Source: an uncultured bacterium
GTDB taxonomy: Bacteria > Krumholzibacteriota > Krumholzibacteriia > LZORAL124-64-63
Reading direction: 5' to 3'
DNA: 64,000 nt
Assembly: GCA_963727525.1 (NCBI GenBank)
Contig: CAVSGO010000005.1
Span: forward strand, 608,001 to 672,000
The notes beneath the pieces were generated by a model, which did not search any database, was not told the origin of the DNA, and was given only the letters and a program-made list of their open reading frames with translations. Position numbers and translations under genes: made by a program. Of this stretch, positions 19,307-28,738 are shown in pieces; the first letter of the stretch is position 1; each line of letters begins with the position of its first letter.

Positions 19307-20140
19307 ATGCCCCATACCCGCATGCTCACCGCGCTCGCGCTCGCCGCGATCCTCGCCGCCGGCGCCGGCCAGGCCCTCGCCCAGGCCCAGATCGGCGATC
19401 TCGCCCCCGATTTCACGCTCGCCGGCAACGATGGCAACAGCTACACGCTGAGCGACTACCGCCAGGACGGCAATCAGCAGGTGGTTCTCCTCTTCATGAT
19501 GGGCTACGCCTGAGGCGCCTGCATCCAGGACAGCCCCAGTTTGGAGGCTATCGTTCAGTCCTACGCCGGCCGGCCGTTGACGGCCTTCGCCTGCGACTTC
19601 TGGAACGGCAACGACCTGCAGTGCGACCTCTTCCAGCAGACCACGGGCATCTCGTTCCCCGTGCTGGAGATGGCGTCGCCCCTCGGCGCGCCGAACATGT
19701 ACAACTGCAGCTACCACTATTGCTTCGTCCTCGACGGCGACGGCGTGGTGCAGTACCGTGGCGCCGGCGTGAACATCCCCGCTCTGAGCCAGGTGATCGA
19801 AGAGGCCGTGAACCGACTCGAGGATCAGAACAACGTCGGGGTGAACGACACGCCGGCAGCCGGCGCCTCGCTGGCGCCCAACGTGCCGAATCCGTTCAAC
19901 CCGGCCACGCGCCTGCCCTTCACGGTGGATCGCGACGGCCTGAGCGTGACGATCGGCGTGTACGACATGCGGGGTCAGCTCGTGCGCACCCTTGCGACGG
20001 GCCCGCAACCGGCCGGCCGCCACGAGGTGACGTGGAACGGCCGCGACACGAACGGCCGCCTGATGCCCAGCGGCGCCTACGTCGCACGCCTGCGCGCCGG
20101 CGGCGCGGAGCAGGCCCGGGTCATGACGCTGGTCAAGTGA
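19307..20140 (+). CDS. Secreted selenoprotein: AhpC/TSA-redoxin (thioredoxin-fold) domain with UxxC motif plus C-terminal FlgD-Ig/T9SS-like domain (277 aa by TGA read-through)
   Basis: ORF-track pieces 19235-19513 and 19541-20140 share one frame and are separated only by TGA 19511-19513: ...[10 protein letters not shown]...[24 protein letters not shown]...; GAGGAG RBS; signal peptide; PNPFNP...[10 protein letters not shown]...WNGRD...SGAY tail. Confidence 0.88.
19514..19552 (+). promoter_or_regulatory. Candidate bacterial SECIS hairpin
   Basis: AGCC(19532-35)/GGCT(19546-49) and CCA(19536-38)/TGG(19542-44) stems; G-initiated apical loop about 25 nt after the UGA. Confidence 0.6.
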
Positions 20141-20165
20141 TACCGGCCCGCAGCGGGAGGTGGGC

Positions 20166-21086
20166 GTGGCTGACACGGCATACCTGATCGACGGCATGGC
20201 ATACGTCTTTCGCAGCTACTACGCCATGCGCCCGATGACGGCGCCCGACGGCACGCCCATCAATGCGGTGTTCGGCCTCGGCATGACGCTGCAAAAGTTC
20301 CTGCGCGACCACAAGCCCGTTCACCTGGCCTGCTGCCTCGACGCCGGCGCCCACACCTTCCGCAACGAGATGTACCCGCTGTACAAGGCCAACCGCGGCG
20401 CCGCCCCTGCGGACCTCGTACCGCAATTCGATCTCTGCCGCGCACTCGTGGCGGCCCTTGGCATCCCGGTGGCCATGTGCCCCGGCTACGAGGCCGACGA
20501 CATCATCGCCACCCTCACCGATCGTCTACGCGCCGAAAGCCTCGACGTGGTCATCGTGTCGGGCGACAAGGACCTCGCCCAGCTCGTGGGTCCCGGCGTG
20601 CGCATCTACAACCTGGCCCGCGACGAATGGTGGGACGAGACCAACGTCCACGAACGCCTCGGCGTCCCCGCCATCCAGGTGCGCGACCTGCTCGCCCTCA
20701 CCGGCGACACCTCGGACAACATCCCCGGCGTGCGCGGCATCGGCCCCAAGGCCGCCATCGCCCTGCTCGCCGGGTTCGGCGACCTGGCGGGGATCTACGC
20801 CGATCTGGACCGCGTGGAAACCCTGCCGCTGCGCGGCGCGAAGTCGCTGCGCCGCAAGCTCGAGGACGGACGCGAGGCGGCCTTCCTGAGCCGTCGCCTC
20901 GTCGACCTGCACCGCGAGGCACCATGCCCGTTCACGGGCGCGGACCTTCGCTGGCGTGGCGTCGACCCGACGGTGCTGGGCGCATTCGCACAGCAATGGG
21001 GACTGGGACGCGTGGCCACCACGCTCGCGGGCGGCAACCCCAGCGATCCACGAACCAGCAGCCAGCACGAATCTTCCGGGTCTTGA
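20166..21086 (+). CDS. Standalone 5'-3' exonuclease / flap endonuclease (PolA N-domain/Xni-like)
   Basis: LIDG, YKANR, YEADD, SGDKDL and GDTSDNIPGVRGIGPK (H3TH) motifs; no polymerase domain. Confidence 0.92.
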   Translation: MADTAYLIDGMAYVFRSYYAMRPMTAPDGTPINAVFGLGMTLQKFLRDHKPVHLACCLDAGAHTFRNEMYPLYKANRGAAPADLVPQFDLCRALVAALGIPVAMCPGYEADDIIATLTDRLRAESLDVVIVSGDKDLAQLVGPGVRIYNLARDEWWDETNVHERLGVPAIQVRDLLALTGDTSDNIPGVRGIGPKAAIALLAGFGDLAGIYADLDRVETLPLRGAKSLRRKLEDGREAAFLSRRLVDLHREAPCPFTGADLRWRGVDPTVLGAFAQQWGLGRVATTLAGGNPSDPRTSSQHESSGS

Positions 21087-21171
21087 CGCCCGCTACCTGA
21101 GAACCGTGGCCACCATGCTTCACCAGTTAGTCCCGCATTGCACGGAGATGCCGGTCGGACTGAATACGGAA

Positions 21172-21201
21172 GGACCCCGCCACGTCGCAGCAGCGGGGTC
21201 C
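21172..21201. terminator. Hairpin between convergent exonuclease and RRM genes
   Basis: GGACCCCGC / GCGGGGTCC inverted repeat. Confidence 0.6.
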
Positions 21202-21228
21202 CAATCATCAACCCGAGGGCTGACTAAC

Positions 21229-21534
21229 CTACCAACGGTCGCCGCCACCACGGCCACCGCCGTAGCCGCCGCCACCGCCGCCGCCGCCACGAGGCTTGTC
21301 CTGAGCCTCGTTCACCTTCAGCGCGCGACCGCCCATCTCCTTGCCGTCCAGAGCCTGCTGGGCAGCCGTCGCCGCAGCATCGTCCATCTCGATGAAGCCG
21401 AAGCCCCGGGGACGGCCGGTCTCGCGGTCCATGATCAGCGCGACCGAGTGAACGGTGCCGTGGGTACCGAACAGCTCCCTGATCTCATCTTCGGTGGCAG
21501 TGAAGGGTAGGTTGCCAATGTAGAGCTTTTTCAA
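21229..21534 (-). CDS. RRM-domain RNA-binding protein with Gly-rich tail
   Basis: RNP2 LYIGNL; RNP1 RGFGFIEM; GRALKVNEA; TTG start after GGAGAG. Confidence 0.95.
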   Translation of the reverse strand: MKKLYIGNLPFTATEDEIRELFGTHGTVHSVALIMDRETGRPRGFGFIEMDDAAATAAQQALDGKEMGGRALKVNEAQDKPRGGGGGGGGYGGGRGGGDRW

Positions 21535-22050
21535 GGTCTTCTCTCCAGATGCCGGCGTTCCGGCTTAACCGAGCGATCAGAATCACCAGCTTCTTCCGGT
21601 GCATCCCGCGCGCTACAGAGTTGGCCCGGCAGTCACATTGACGGCCGAACCTCATCCCCCGATGGTCGAGGGAATCTCACGGCCCCCAGGTTCCCAAGGT
21701 GCGGGAGCCGGCGGCCTATTGCTGAAATGTATCCTATAACTGTCTCCGAGTCCTGCTTTATCTGCACGCCCTGACGTCGCACTGAAAATGGCGGTCGAAA
21801 AGTGTGGCAGGCAGCCCCGAGTTGTTTGATGTTTCATCTTGTTATTGAGAGCGCCTATCACCTGACTGCGAACGAAGCCTCTTCGCGGTACCTCCGCTTC
21901 TTGCCGTTCAGCAACCGGACTTCGACGGGGCTCGTGTCAATGTTCGCCCTAATTCCCCAGCTTGGACTCGAATTCCGCGGTTGTATGGTTCACAGCCGAG
22001 CCTATGTCTACCGACGTCTCGTGGGGCGCGATGACCAGCTGGGCTGGCCG

Positions 22051-24603
22051 CTAGCGGACGAGGGTTACGGATGTTGTGCGGATGCCGCTGGCGCACTCGA
22101 GGCGGCAGAGGTACGTGCCTGACTCGACTGGTCGACCTGTGGCGTCGCGGCCGTTCCAGGTGGCTTGGCCCTCGCCGGCGGAGATGTCGGCTGATAGCAG
22201 GGTCACGATGTGGTGGCCGCGCAGGTCGTAGAGGGCGAGTTGCGCGAAGCCGGGACGGTCGGCCTGGTAGCGCAGGGTTGTTGTCGGGTTGAACGGGTTG
22301 GGGCGAGCCGTGACGGTGACGCTTGTCACGACAGGTACGTCGACCGCGAGCTCCTCGACCGTGACGTCGTCCAGGGCGAGCGCGTAGGACATCGTCGCGC
22401 CGGCGACGAGGTGGGCGTCGAGGTCGGTTGCGGCGAAGCCGTTGTCGCTCGCGGTGACTGCGACCGGCCAGGTCAGGGCGCCGAGGTGGGCCGTGAGTCG
22501 GAAATCCGAGGCTTCGCGCGCCGGGGCGCGCCAGCTCAGTGTCACGCAGCCGGGCACGGCGTGCGCCGCGAAATCGGCAACCTCCACGCCCACTGGACCA
22601 CCGCATTCGCAGGCGTCGCAACCTGATGGGAGTGCGCCGATGAGCAGGTCGTTGTGGAGAGGATTGTGCGGCGGCAGACACCACGAATCGGCGCAGAGCG
22701 ACAGGACGCCCGTTTCAAGATCGCAGAAGCAGGGGGGTGCCAGGAAATTGTCGCGCAGATCGAGCTGGTCGGCGATGGGAGCGGTCCAGTCGCCCCCCTC
22801 GTTACCGAACATATCGCAGGCTCGAAAGTAGGCGTCGCCGTCCTGGAGCAGCAGGATTGCCGGGCCGCTATCGCTCGTGAACGCCACGATGGACTGTTCC
22901 ATGCGCAGGTAACCCGACTGGCTGAAGAGCGCGGCCCCCGACGAGTGGTTCCCCGCCACCGTGCACGAGAAAGCATCCACGTGCGCATCTTGCGCGGAGA
23001 TCGCGGCGCCGAACACGCCCGCGTTGTCGTGGAACACGCAGCTCCGCAAGACCGGCCACGCGCCGTCCGTTGTCGCCAGGCCCGCACCCCAGACGGCCCA
23101 GTTGCCCTCGAAACGGCAGTCCTCGAATACCGGCGATCCGCTCTCCACGAGCGCGCCGCCGCCGGCGCCGTTGCTCGAGCCACCGCGCACCGTGAGGCCC
23201 ACGACGCGGGAATCCACACCCTCGACACCGTGGAAATGGAATCCGCGACCTTCTCCCTCGGCGTCGATGATGCATGCCTGGGGATCGCCCGACGCCGAGC
23301 GGAGCGTGAGCGCCTTGCCATGGAAGTCCAGATCGCGATTGCCCGGCCCGCTGAAGGTGCCGTCGGCAAGCAGCACCTCGCCACCGGCCGGCACGATGTC
23401 GATCGCGCTCTGGACCGTGGACAGCGCGCCGTGGCCGTCGGGATAGACGACGTAGCCGTCGCTCACGCAACCCTCGCCATAGAGACCGATCTGCTCGCCG
23501 CAGGCATTGTTGGCCGCCAGACAGGGCGAGATGTCCGCGAGCCCCAGGTCGCCGCCGGCGAGGTCGCAGACCAGGGGATTGGCGTCGATGTTGCCGTCGA
23601 CCCGGAGCTGATCGGCGATCGTATAGTGCCACGTGCCACCGTTGGTGAAGATGTCACAGCAGTGGAACGTCGGTGGTGACTGCGGATCGCCGATGATCGC
23701 ATAGGTGCCCTCGCTGAAGGCGAAGAGGCAATGCTCGAAGGTCGGGGTCAGCCACTCGTCGTTGGCCTGGCACATGACGTCCCCCACGAGGTCGCCGCCA
23801 TTGGCGAGGAACGTGCAGCCGGAGACGGTTCCGCCAGCGTCGAAGAAATAGATGCCTCCGCCGTATTCGCCGTGGTTGCGAGTGAAGAGGCAATCAGTCA
23901 CATCGGTGTTCGTGACGGAGAGGGCGACGGGATTGAACGAGCAAATATTGTCGCGGAACACGCAATGTTCGAAATGCCCCGATGCGCTATCCTTGTGCAC
24001 GATGGTGCCGGCGCCGATGACGTGGTCGTGAAATTCGCAGCGCCGGAGCGTCAGACCGTTGCCGTTGGCCCATATGGCAGCACCGGTCGCGCAGATGTTG
24101 CCGGCAAACTCGCTATCCTCGATGAGGTCCGTGAAGTCGGACCACAGATTGCGGATCCGGATCGCTCCTCCACCTTCCGACGCCCGGTTGTTCAGGAAGC
24201 GGCAGTGCCGCGCCGTCAGACCACCGCCCTCGATCGATACCGCGCCACCGCCGGCGGGACGATTCCCGTTCGTGATGGTCAGGCCGACCAGGGTCAGGCG
24301 AAACTCGGCGGTCTGATCGAATCCACCGGACTGCTCCAGGTCGACGACGCACGCGGTCGCGTCACCGGATAGCGACTGGAAATAATAGTCGTGTGGACCG
24401 AGCACGAGATCGCGATTCCCGGGGCCCGTGAAGACGCCGTCGGCCAGCACGATCGTATCGCCGGCCGCAGCCGCCGCGATGGCCGTCTGGAGGTCGGGGA
24501 CATCGCCCGCACCGTCGGGGGCGACGTGGATCTGCGCCGCGGTGGCAGTGAGACCTGCGAGGACGATGGCGAGCGGGAGCATCCGCAAAGCTGGTCGGAA
24601 CAC
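22051..24603 (-). CDS. Secreted protein with two tandem right-handed beta-helix (pectin-lyase-like) modules and C-terminal FlgD-Ig domain
   Basis: Signal peptide; duplicated PDG.G....Q.AI...LADG.F.GPGNRDL modules; repeated CxFxxN and GG(G/A)I motifs; PNPFNP tail; AAGGAGG RBS. Confidence 0.85.
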   Translation of the reverse strand: MFRPALRMLPLAIVLAGLTATAAQIHVAPDGAGDVPDLQTAIAAAAAGDTIVLADGVFTGPGNRDLVLGPHDYYFQSLSGDATACVVDLEQSGGFDQTAEFRLTLVGLTITNGNRPAGGGAVSIEGGGLTARHCRFLNNRASEGGGAIRIRNLWSDFTDLIEDSEFAGNICATGAAIWANGNGLTLRRCEFHDHVIGAGTIVHKDSASGHFEHCVFRDNICSFNPVALSVTNTDVTDCLFTRNHGEYGGGIYFFDAGGTVSGCTFLANGGDLVGDVMCQANDEWLTPTFEHCLFAFSEGTYAIIGDPQSPPTFHCCDIFTNGGTWHYTIADQLRVDGNIDANPLVCDLAGGDLGLADISPCLAANNACGEQIGLYGEGCVSDGYVVYPDGHGALSTVQSAIDIVPAGGEVLLADGTFSGPGNRDLDFHGKALTLRSASGDPQACIIDAEGEGRGFHFHGVEGVDSRVVGLTVRGGSSNGAGGGALVESGSPVFEDCRFEGNWAVWGAGLATTDGAWPVLRSCVFHDNAGVFGAAISAQDAHVDAFSCTVAGNHSSGAALFSQSGYLRMEQSIVAFTSDSGPAILLLQDGDAYFRACDMFGNEGGDWTAPIADQLDLRDNFLAPPCFCDLETGVLSLCADSWCLPPHNPLHNDLLIGALPSGCDACECGGPVGVEVADFAAHAVPGCVTLSWRAPAREASDFRLTAHLGALTWPVAVTASDNGFAATDLDAHLVAGATMSYALALDDVTVEELAVDVPVVTSVTVTARPNPFNPTTTLRYQADRPGFAQLALYDLRGHHIVTLLSADISAGEGQATWNGRDATGRPVESGTYLCRLECASGIRTTSVTLVR

Positions 24604-24704
24604 GACGTCACCCTCCTTGACGATCTGTGTGCTACGACTCTATCACATGGCGCTGCCGTGGGCAAAGAAGTTCAGATGGCTCGCATTCAGATCGCTCGCG
24701 CGGC

Positions 24705-25286
24705 CTAATCCTCGAACAGCGCCTTCACGCTGCCCCACGAGGTGGGCGCGACCGGCGTGCTCCCGCCGGCGTAGTGGACTTCCACCGTCATGTCGGTGAA
24801 CACGACGTTCTGGCCCTCGCAGTCCTGAGCGTAGTTGAGGGGGCCGGCGATCAGGTAGTAGAGGCCGGTCTGGTCGGTGAGGAAGCGGAAGGTGAGGGTG
24901 GCCAGGTGCAGGTAGTCGCCGCCGAGGCAGGTGTCGCTGGTGGAGTCGACGCCGCCGAGGGCGGAGCCGGTGTGGTGGCAGATCGCGTCGTACTGCTCGT
25001 CGACGATCTCCACGGCTCCGTCGCAGCAGGCCTGCAGCACGGCCCACGAGAAGCGGGTGTAGCTGGCCGGCAGGAGGGTGGCATCCTCGGGCGGGAGCAC
25101 GAGGACGTAGAGCTGGAACTCCTCGTCGCCGCTGACATCGATGCTGTTGACGAGGTGATCGGATGCGGCCGACAGGCCGATCCGGGGAAACGTGATGGCG
25201 CGGGCGGTGGTCGACGCCAGGAGCGCGGTGAACAGGACGGCGACGGTGGCGAGCAGGAATCGGTGGCGCTGGAGTCCCTGGTTCAT
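24705..25286 (-). CDS. Secreted hypothetical protein with C-terminal SWGxxK motif
   Basis: Signal peptide ending TARA; C-terminus PVAPTSWGSVKALFED; GGGAGG RBS. Confidence 0.75.
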   Translation of the reverse strand: MNQGLQRHRFLLATVAVLFTALLASTTARAITFPRIGLSAASDHLVNSIDVSGDEEFQLYVLVLPPEDATLLPASYTRFSWAVLQACCDGAVEIVDEQYDAICHHTGSALGGVDSTSDTCLGGDYLHLATLTFRFLTDQTGLYYLIAGPLNYAQDCEGQNVVFTDMTVEVHYAGGSTPVAPTSWGSVKALFED

Positions 25287-25447
25287 GGCACCCTCCCGGG
25301 TCGATACATGAGATTTATCATCGTCATTTTAGCGGAATCGTCGTCCGGGAGCAAGAACCGTTGGCATAGCGTGGCGCGACCGGACGATTTCCGATACAAT
25401 CCAGGTTCGATTCCCGAGTGGTCCCCGTGACAAGGAATCTGGAGTTC

Positions 25448-27745
25448 ATGCCATTTTTTCACGAGTTGCGCCAGCGGCGGGTCCCCCAGTACGTCTCGGC
25501 CTACATCGTGGCCTCGTGGGGATTGATCCAGTTCATCCAGTTCCTCGAGGGACGTGTCGCCCTGTCGCCGCACGTGACGAACCTGGTGGCGCTGGCTCTC
25601 GCCCTGCTGCTGCCGGGCGTGGCGCTGCTGGCATGGTCCCAGGGACGACCCGGGCCAGACCAGCTCGGACGCGTGTCGCGCGTGGGATTGCCGCTCAACC
25701 TGGTCGTGGCGGCGGCGGTGCTCTTCGTGGTGTTCCACGACAAGGAACTCGGCGCGGTGACCACGAATATCTCGGTCACCGACGAGCAGGGCCAGGTGCA
25801 GCGACGCCAGGTACCGCGCGCAGCGTTCCGCAAGCAGCTCCTGATCTACGACCTGGCTGCCCCCGCCGATACGGCCCAGACCTGGCTCGGGCGCGGGCTC
25901 GGCACGCTCGTGGCCCTCGACCTCACGCAGGATCCCTTCCTCACGGTGCGGCGTCCAGAGCACGTGATGGGCTCGCTCATCGCGTCGGACTTCAAGGCGG
26001 GCGAAGACGTGCCCGCGCCCGTGATGCGTCGCATCGCGCGCGATCGCCACTTCCCGTACTACGTCACCGGGCGCGTGGCCGCCGCGGCCGGTGGCGTGCG
26101 CGTGACGACCGAACTGCAGGAGAGCGAGACGGGCCGTATGGTGGCGAGCCACGATATCACGGCCAGCGACCTCTTCGCGGCCTGCGACCAGATCTCGGCG
26201 CAGCTCAAGCGCGACCTCGAGATCCCCGAGAACCAGCTCGCCAGCCGCGAAGACCTGCCGGTCGCCGAGATCACCACGACCAACCGCGACGCCTTGCGTG
26301 CGTTCATCGAGGGTTCCTACGCGGCGATCTACGAGAACGACTGGGAGGCGTCCGTGGCAAAGCTGCAGCGTGCCGTGGTGCTGGATCCCACGTTCGCCCT
26401 CGCGCAGTATTCGCTCTCGGGCGCATTGTCGGTGACGGGCCATGGCGACAAGGCCACCGCCGCTGCGGATGCTGCGATGGCGCATCTCTACCGTCTTCCG
26501 GAACGCTCGCAGTTCCAGATCAAGTCGCTCTACTACCTCAACTTCAAGCAAGACCCCGACCGCACCCTCGCCGTGGTCGACATGTGGACGCAGCTCTACC
26601 CGCAGGACACCGACGCGTGGCGGCAGAAGGCGATGTTCCAGCGCGTGCGCGACGATCGCGCCGGAGCGATCGCGTCGTACGAGAAGGCGCTGGCGATCGA
26701 TCCCCAGCTCCACGACCTGCTGCTGACGATCGGCGACCTCTACCAGGACACCGGCGACTACGCGCGAGCCGAGAGCTCGTATCAGAAGTACTGCGACCGG
26801 TTTCCCACCAACACCAAGGCCTGGACGGCGCTAGCTACCCTGTACGAGACCGCGGGCAACCTCGACAAGGCGCGCAGCACCGACGAACACATCCTCATCC
26901 TCGATCCCGTCGACACGAAGGCGCAGCTCGCACTGGCGCGTCTGGCGATGCGGCGTGGCGACTTCGCCCGGTCGCGCGAGATCTTCGAGGAGTTCCTGGC
27001 GCACCACGACAAGGACATCGATCTCATGCGCGCCCACGACGGCCTGCGCAACCTGTGCAGCGCGGAAGGTCGCCTGCAGAACGCGATCGCGAATCTCGAG
27101 GCGTGGCACGTCGCGGCGTCGCACCTCTATAACCCGATCGAGCTGACGATGCGCTACGTCATGCATCTCGACCTCTATACCGAGGCCGGCCGGCCCGAGG
27201 ATGCAATCCGTATCGTGAATGAGCTTCGCGGGTCGGTGACGCCGCCCATCGACAAGCTCGTGGACTACGGACAGCTCGAGGCCCAGGTCGCCCTTGGCAA
27301 CCTCGACGGAGCCCGTGCCATCATCGACGGGATCGAGACCACCGTGGAGGCCCTCGATCTCGAGGTCTGGCGTCCCCATATCGATCGGGGTCGCGCCCTC
27401 GTGGCTGACGCCGAAGGCGACCTTGCCGACGCCGTGGCCTGCCGCCGCCGCGTGGCCGGCCGGATCACCGACAACTTGCAGGTGCTGCTGGAGCTCGCGA
27501 CCGCTCTGCGCAAGGCCGGTCAGCCCGACGAGGCGCTCGCGGTGCTCGATCACCTGACCAGGCTGGCCCCCGCGCTGCCGCCGATGCATCTGGAGTACGG
27601 CCGCATCCTCGCCGCACGCGGCGATGCCGAGCCCGCGCGCGAACACCTGCAGAAGGCGCTCGCTGCGTGGCAACAGGCCGACGACGGGTTCGCTCCTCGG
27701 GCCGAGGCGCGCCAGCTCCTCGCATCGCTCGGCACGGGAAGCTGA
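25448..27745 (+). CDS. Membrane-anchored TPR protein with TolB-N/CsgG-like domain
   Basis: FFHELRQRRV N-terminus plus 3 TM helices; many TPR units (LDPTFALA, YEKALAIDP); GGAG RBS. Confidence 0.85.
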   Translation: MPFFHELRQRRVPQYVSAYIVASWGLIQFIQFLEGRVALSPHVTNLVALALALLLPGVALLAWSQGRPGPDQLGRVSRVGLPLNLVVAAAVLFVVFHDKELGAVTTNISVTDEQGQVQRRQVPRAAFRKQLLIYDLAAPADTAQTWLGRGLGTLVALDLTQDPFLTVRRPEHVMGSLIASDFKAGEDVPAPVMRRIARDRHFPYYVTGRVAAAAGGVRVTTELQESETGRMVASHDITASDLFAACDQISAQLKRDLEIPENQLASREDLPVAEITTTNRDALRAFIEGSYAAIYENDWEASVAKLQRAVVLDPTFALAQYSLSGALSVTGHGDKATAAADAAMAHLYRLPERSQFQIKSLYYLNFKQDPDRTLAVVDMWTQLYPQDTDAWRQKAMFQRVRDDRAGAIASYEKALAIDPQLHDLLLTIGDLYQDTGDYARAESSYQKYCDRFPTNTKAWTALATLYETAGNLDKARSTDEHILILDPVDTKAQLALARLAMRRGDFARSREIFEEFLAHHDKDIDLMRAHDGLRNLCSAEGRLQNAIANLEAWHVAASHLYNPIELTMRYVMHLDLYTEAGRPEDAIRIVNELRGSVTPPIDKLVDYGQLEAQVALGNLDGARAIIDGIETTVEALDLEVWRPHIDRGRALVADAEGDLADAVACRRRVAGRITDNLQVLLELATALRKAGQPDEALAVLDHLTRLAPALPPMHLEYGRILAARGDAEPAREHLQKALAAWQQADDGFAPRAEARQLLASLGTGS

Positions 27746-27757
27746 GTCGGGCGCACG

Positions 27758-28162
27758 CTACCGCACCTCGCCCCAGTGCTCCCAGATCCGCAGGTCGTGG
27801 GTGAAGGTCTCGCCGAGCCAGCGCTCGGTGCGCGAGCGGTAGACCACGCGTGCCCGGATCCGCCGCGATTCGCGCTTGCGTGCGAAGAGGGCCGGCCGCG
27901 TGTCGAGGAAGACGCGCACCTCCTTGCCGGAGCGCAGCAACGGCAGATGCTTGAAGAGCGCCAGCTCCGACACCACCACCTCGCCCCCCACGCCGCGCAC
28001 GGGCCGCACGAACTCCACATGCACGTCGAAAGCCGTGGCCGGCCCGACGTTGGCGAGCACGAGGGTGAGGCGCTCGTCGGCGAACTCGACGTCGAGCAGC
28101 ACCTCGGGTTCGCCGGCGCGCGGCGGGCGCACGGTCACGCGTGGTTTCGTCTTGGTGGCCAT
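27758..28162 (-). CDS. Hypothetical protein co-transcribed with the tail-tube gene
   Basis: 134-aa beta-rich ORF (LANVGPATAFDV) starting 3 bp after the tube gene stop. Confidence 0.65.
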   Translation of the reverse strand: MATKTKPRVTVRPPRAGEPEVLLDVEFADERLTLVLANVGPATAFDVHVEFVRPVRGVGGEVVVSELALFKHLPLLRSGKEVRVFLDTRPALFARKRESRRIRARVVYRSRTERWLGETFTHDLRIWEHWGEVR

Positions 28163-28165
28163 GAC

Positions 28166-28609
28166 CTACTCCAGATCGAGACCCTCGTGGCAGATCTCCA
28201 GCGACTCCATCGCCACGTCGCTGGTGCCGGCGCGCAGGCTCGGCCCGGTGTACTTGCTGGGCCAGGCGCGCCGCAGGCGCCACTGCAGCACCGTCTCGCG
28301 CGCCTCGTTGAGCAGGTTGATCGTGACGTTGCGCCGCTGCACCTGACCGTTCATGGCCGTGCGGATCCAGTCCCACAACGCAAGGTCGCCCGTCACGCCA
28401 CGCTTGAGTGTGACGTCGGTGAACTTCTTCAGGCCCGGGATCTTGCGGACGGTGATGTCCTCGTTGCCGTTGCGGTACTCGATCACCTCGACGCTCACGC
28501 CCAGACCGCTGACCTCGGCGAAGCCGGCGCGCGCACCGTCGTCGCCGATGCCCTCCACCGTGACGAGGAAGTTGAACTCGGGATACGGATCATCGCGGTA
28601 CGTGGCCAT
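28166..28609 (-). CDS. Contractile tail tube protein (T4 gp19 / eCIS Afp1-like)
   Basis: DPY..FNF.V, F.EVSGL, IEYRNG, RKIPGLKKF.DVTLKRG, L.RAWPSKYTGP.L.A...VA.E.LEI.HEG; GGAGGT RBS. Confidence 0.92.
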   Translation of the reverse strand: MATYRDDPYPEFNFLVTVEGIGDDGARAGFAEVSGLGVSVEVIEYRNGNEDITVRKIPGLKKFTDVTLKRGVTGDLALWDWIRTAMNGQVQRRNVTINLLNEARETVLQWRLRRAWPSKYTGPSLRAGTSDVAMESLEICHEGLDLE

Positions 28610-28738
28610 GGTGACCTCCCGAACAGATGGAATCGATATTGCTGGTCGTCTCCACACGCTACCGGCACAGCCTCCCGCAGGCAATGGTCCTCTACGAGCG
28701 GCCGTATCCGACAAGGTGCGCCACGGGTTCCGACCAGC

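Noticed and set aside
19235-20140. Two separate genes (92 aa and 199 aa) or a nonsense pseudogene
   Set aside because: Same frame, the stop sits exactly at the catalytic CxxC position, a SECIS-like hairpin follows, and the thioredoxin fold spans the junction; read-through is the simpler explanation
21900-22020. tRNA-like element (for example tRNA-Sec) suggested by TTCGA/CTCGAA words
   Set aside because: I could not build a cloverleaf with acceptor stem and T-arm; tRNAscan-SE or Aragorn would be decisive
27758-28609. Prophage
   Set aside because: Only one structural gene; no integrase, terminase, capsid or att-like repeats; flanks are housekeeping genes
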